DNA of 427 nucleotides from Escherichia coli. Its GTDB lineage: Bacteria > Pseudomonadota > Gammaproteobacteria > Enterobacterales > Enterobacteriaceae. The notes below the pieces were generated by a model that ran no database searches, was not told the origin of the DNA, and saw only the letters and a list, made by a program, of their open reading frames with translations. The position numbers and the translations under genes are program-made. This document shows, piece after piece, positions 1-427 of this stretch (the first letter of the stretch is position 1; the number at the start of each line of letters is the position of its first letter). The stretch is from NCBI RefSeq assembly GCF_003334405.1, contig NZ_QOWM01000065.1. The stretch is one strand, 5' to 3'.

Positions 1-81
1 ACCATCACCGTTAACGCTGCTGGTAACGCGGAAAACACCGTCAAAAACATCGCATTTAACTATATTGTGAGGCTTGCATAA
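1..81 (+). CDS. stf: 3' end of a side tail fibre protein gene (5'-truncated by the window edge). Frame 1 reads [26 protein letters not shown] then stop at 79..81.
   Basis: Frame 1 is open from position 1 to TAA at 79..81. The C-terminal peptide ending ...[11 protein letters not shown] matches, from memory, the end of lambdoid side tail fibre proteins. A tail fibre assembly gene follows immediately downstream, which is the conserved stf-tfa order. The gene is absent from the ORF track only because it has no start inside the window. Confidence 0.8.
   Translation, partial: TITVNAAGNAENTVKNIAFNYIVRLA
66..71 (+). promoter_or_regulatory. Shine-Dalgarno / ribosome-binding site for tfa (GTGAGG), located inside the last codons of the upstream tail fibre gene
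   Basis: The purine-rich GAGG core at 68..71 is 9 nt upstream of the ATG at 81, within the usual spacing for E. coli-type initiation. Called from sequence only. Confidence 0.55.
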
Positions 82-427
82 TGGCATTCAGAATGAGTGA
101 ACAACCACGGACCATAAAAATTTATAATCTGCTGGCCGGAACTAATGAATTTATTGGTGAAGGTGATGCATATATTCCGCCTCATACAGGTCTGCCAGCA
201 AACAGTACCGATATTGCACCGCCAGATATTCCGGCAGGCTTCGTGGCTGTTTTCAACAGTGATGAGGCATCGTGGCATCTCGTTGAAGATCATCGGGGTA
301 AAACGGTTTATGACGTAGCGTCAGGGGACGCGTTATTTATTTCTGAACTCGGTCCGTTACCGGAAAATGTTACCTGGTTATCGCCGGAAGGGGAGTTTCA
401 GAAGTGGAACGGCACAGCCTGGGTGAA
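81..427 (+). CDS. tfa: 5' part of a tail fibre assembly protein gene (3'-truncated; last complete codon ends at 425). N-terminal 115 aa: [115 protein letters not shown]
   Basis: ATG at 81..83 opens a frame with no stop to the window end. The N-terminus [51 protein letters not shown]... is recognisable from memory as the lambda Tfa family (lambda Tfa and the TfaE/TfaR/TfaQ-type paralogues of E. coli K-12 cryptic prophages). GAGG at 68..71 lies 9 nt upstream of the ATG. The gene is absent from the ORF track because its stop lies beyond the window. Confidence 0.9.
   Translation, partial: MAFRMSEQPRTIKIYNLLAGTNEFIGEGDAYIPPHTGLPANSTDIAPPDIPAGFVAVFNSDEASWHLVEDHRGKTVYDVASGDALFISELGPLPENVTWLSPEGEFQKWNGTAWV

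Noticed and set aside
1-80. A promoter for tfa within the end of the tail fibre gene
   Set aside because: No convincing -35/-10 pair is evident, and the overlapping stop/start indicates co-transcription with the upstream gene.
60-293. Minus-strand 77-aa ORF ([77 protein letters not shown])
   Set aside because: It lies antisense inside the recognisable tfa coding sequence, its translation is Cys-rich with no recognisable domain, and I see no convincing Shine-Dalgarno before its start. Open antisense frames of this length arise by chance inside real genes.
297-315. Possible DNA-invertase crossover (gix/cix-like) site around the AAAACGGTTT motif
   Set aside because: It only loosely resembles the AAACC...GGTTT core of Gin/Hin-family crossover sites and has no dyad symmetry or inverted partner in the window. 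Those sites normally lie within the tail fibre gene upstream of the variable C-terminus, not inside tfa.
354-390. Short direct repeats (GTTACC twice, CCGGAA twice) in the tfa coding region
   Set aside because: They are too short (6 bp) to be meaningful and sit within coding sequence, so they are consistent with chance and codon repetition.

Overview
This 427-bp window is the junction of two co-directional phage tail-fibre genes on the + strand, and both run off the window edges. Positions 1..81 encode the last 26 codons and TAA stop of a side tail fibre protein (stf-like). Positions 81..427 encode the first 115 codons of a lambda-type tail fibre assembly protein (Tfa). The stop of the first gene and the start of the second share a base (TAATG at 79..83), with a GAGG Shine-Dalgarno 9 nt upstream of the ATG. 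I see no RNA gene, CRISPR array, mobile-element end or terminator. The only ORF in the supplied track (minus strand, 60..293) lies antisense inside tfa and is most likely spurious. This looks like a well-known lambdoid stf-tfa host-range module, typical of E. coli prophages, rather than an undescribed system. All identifications rest on my own translation and recall of these protein families, not on any database search.
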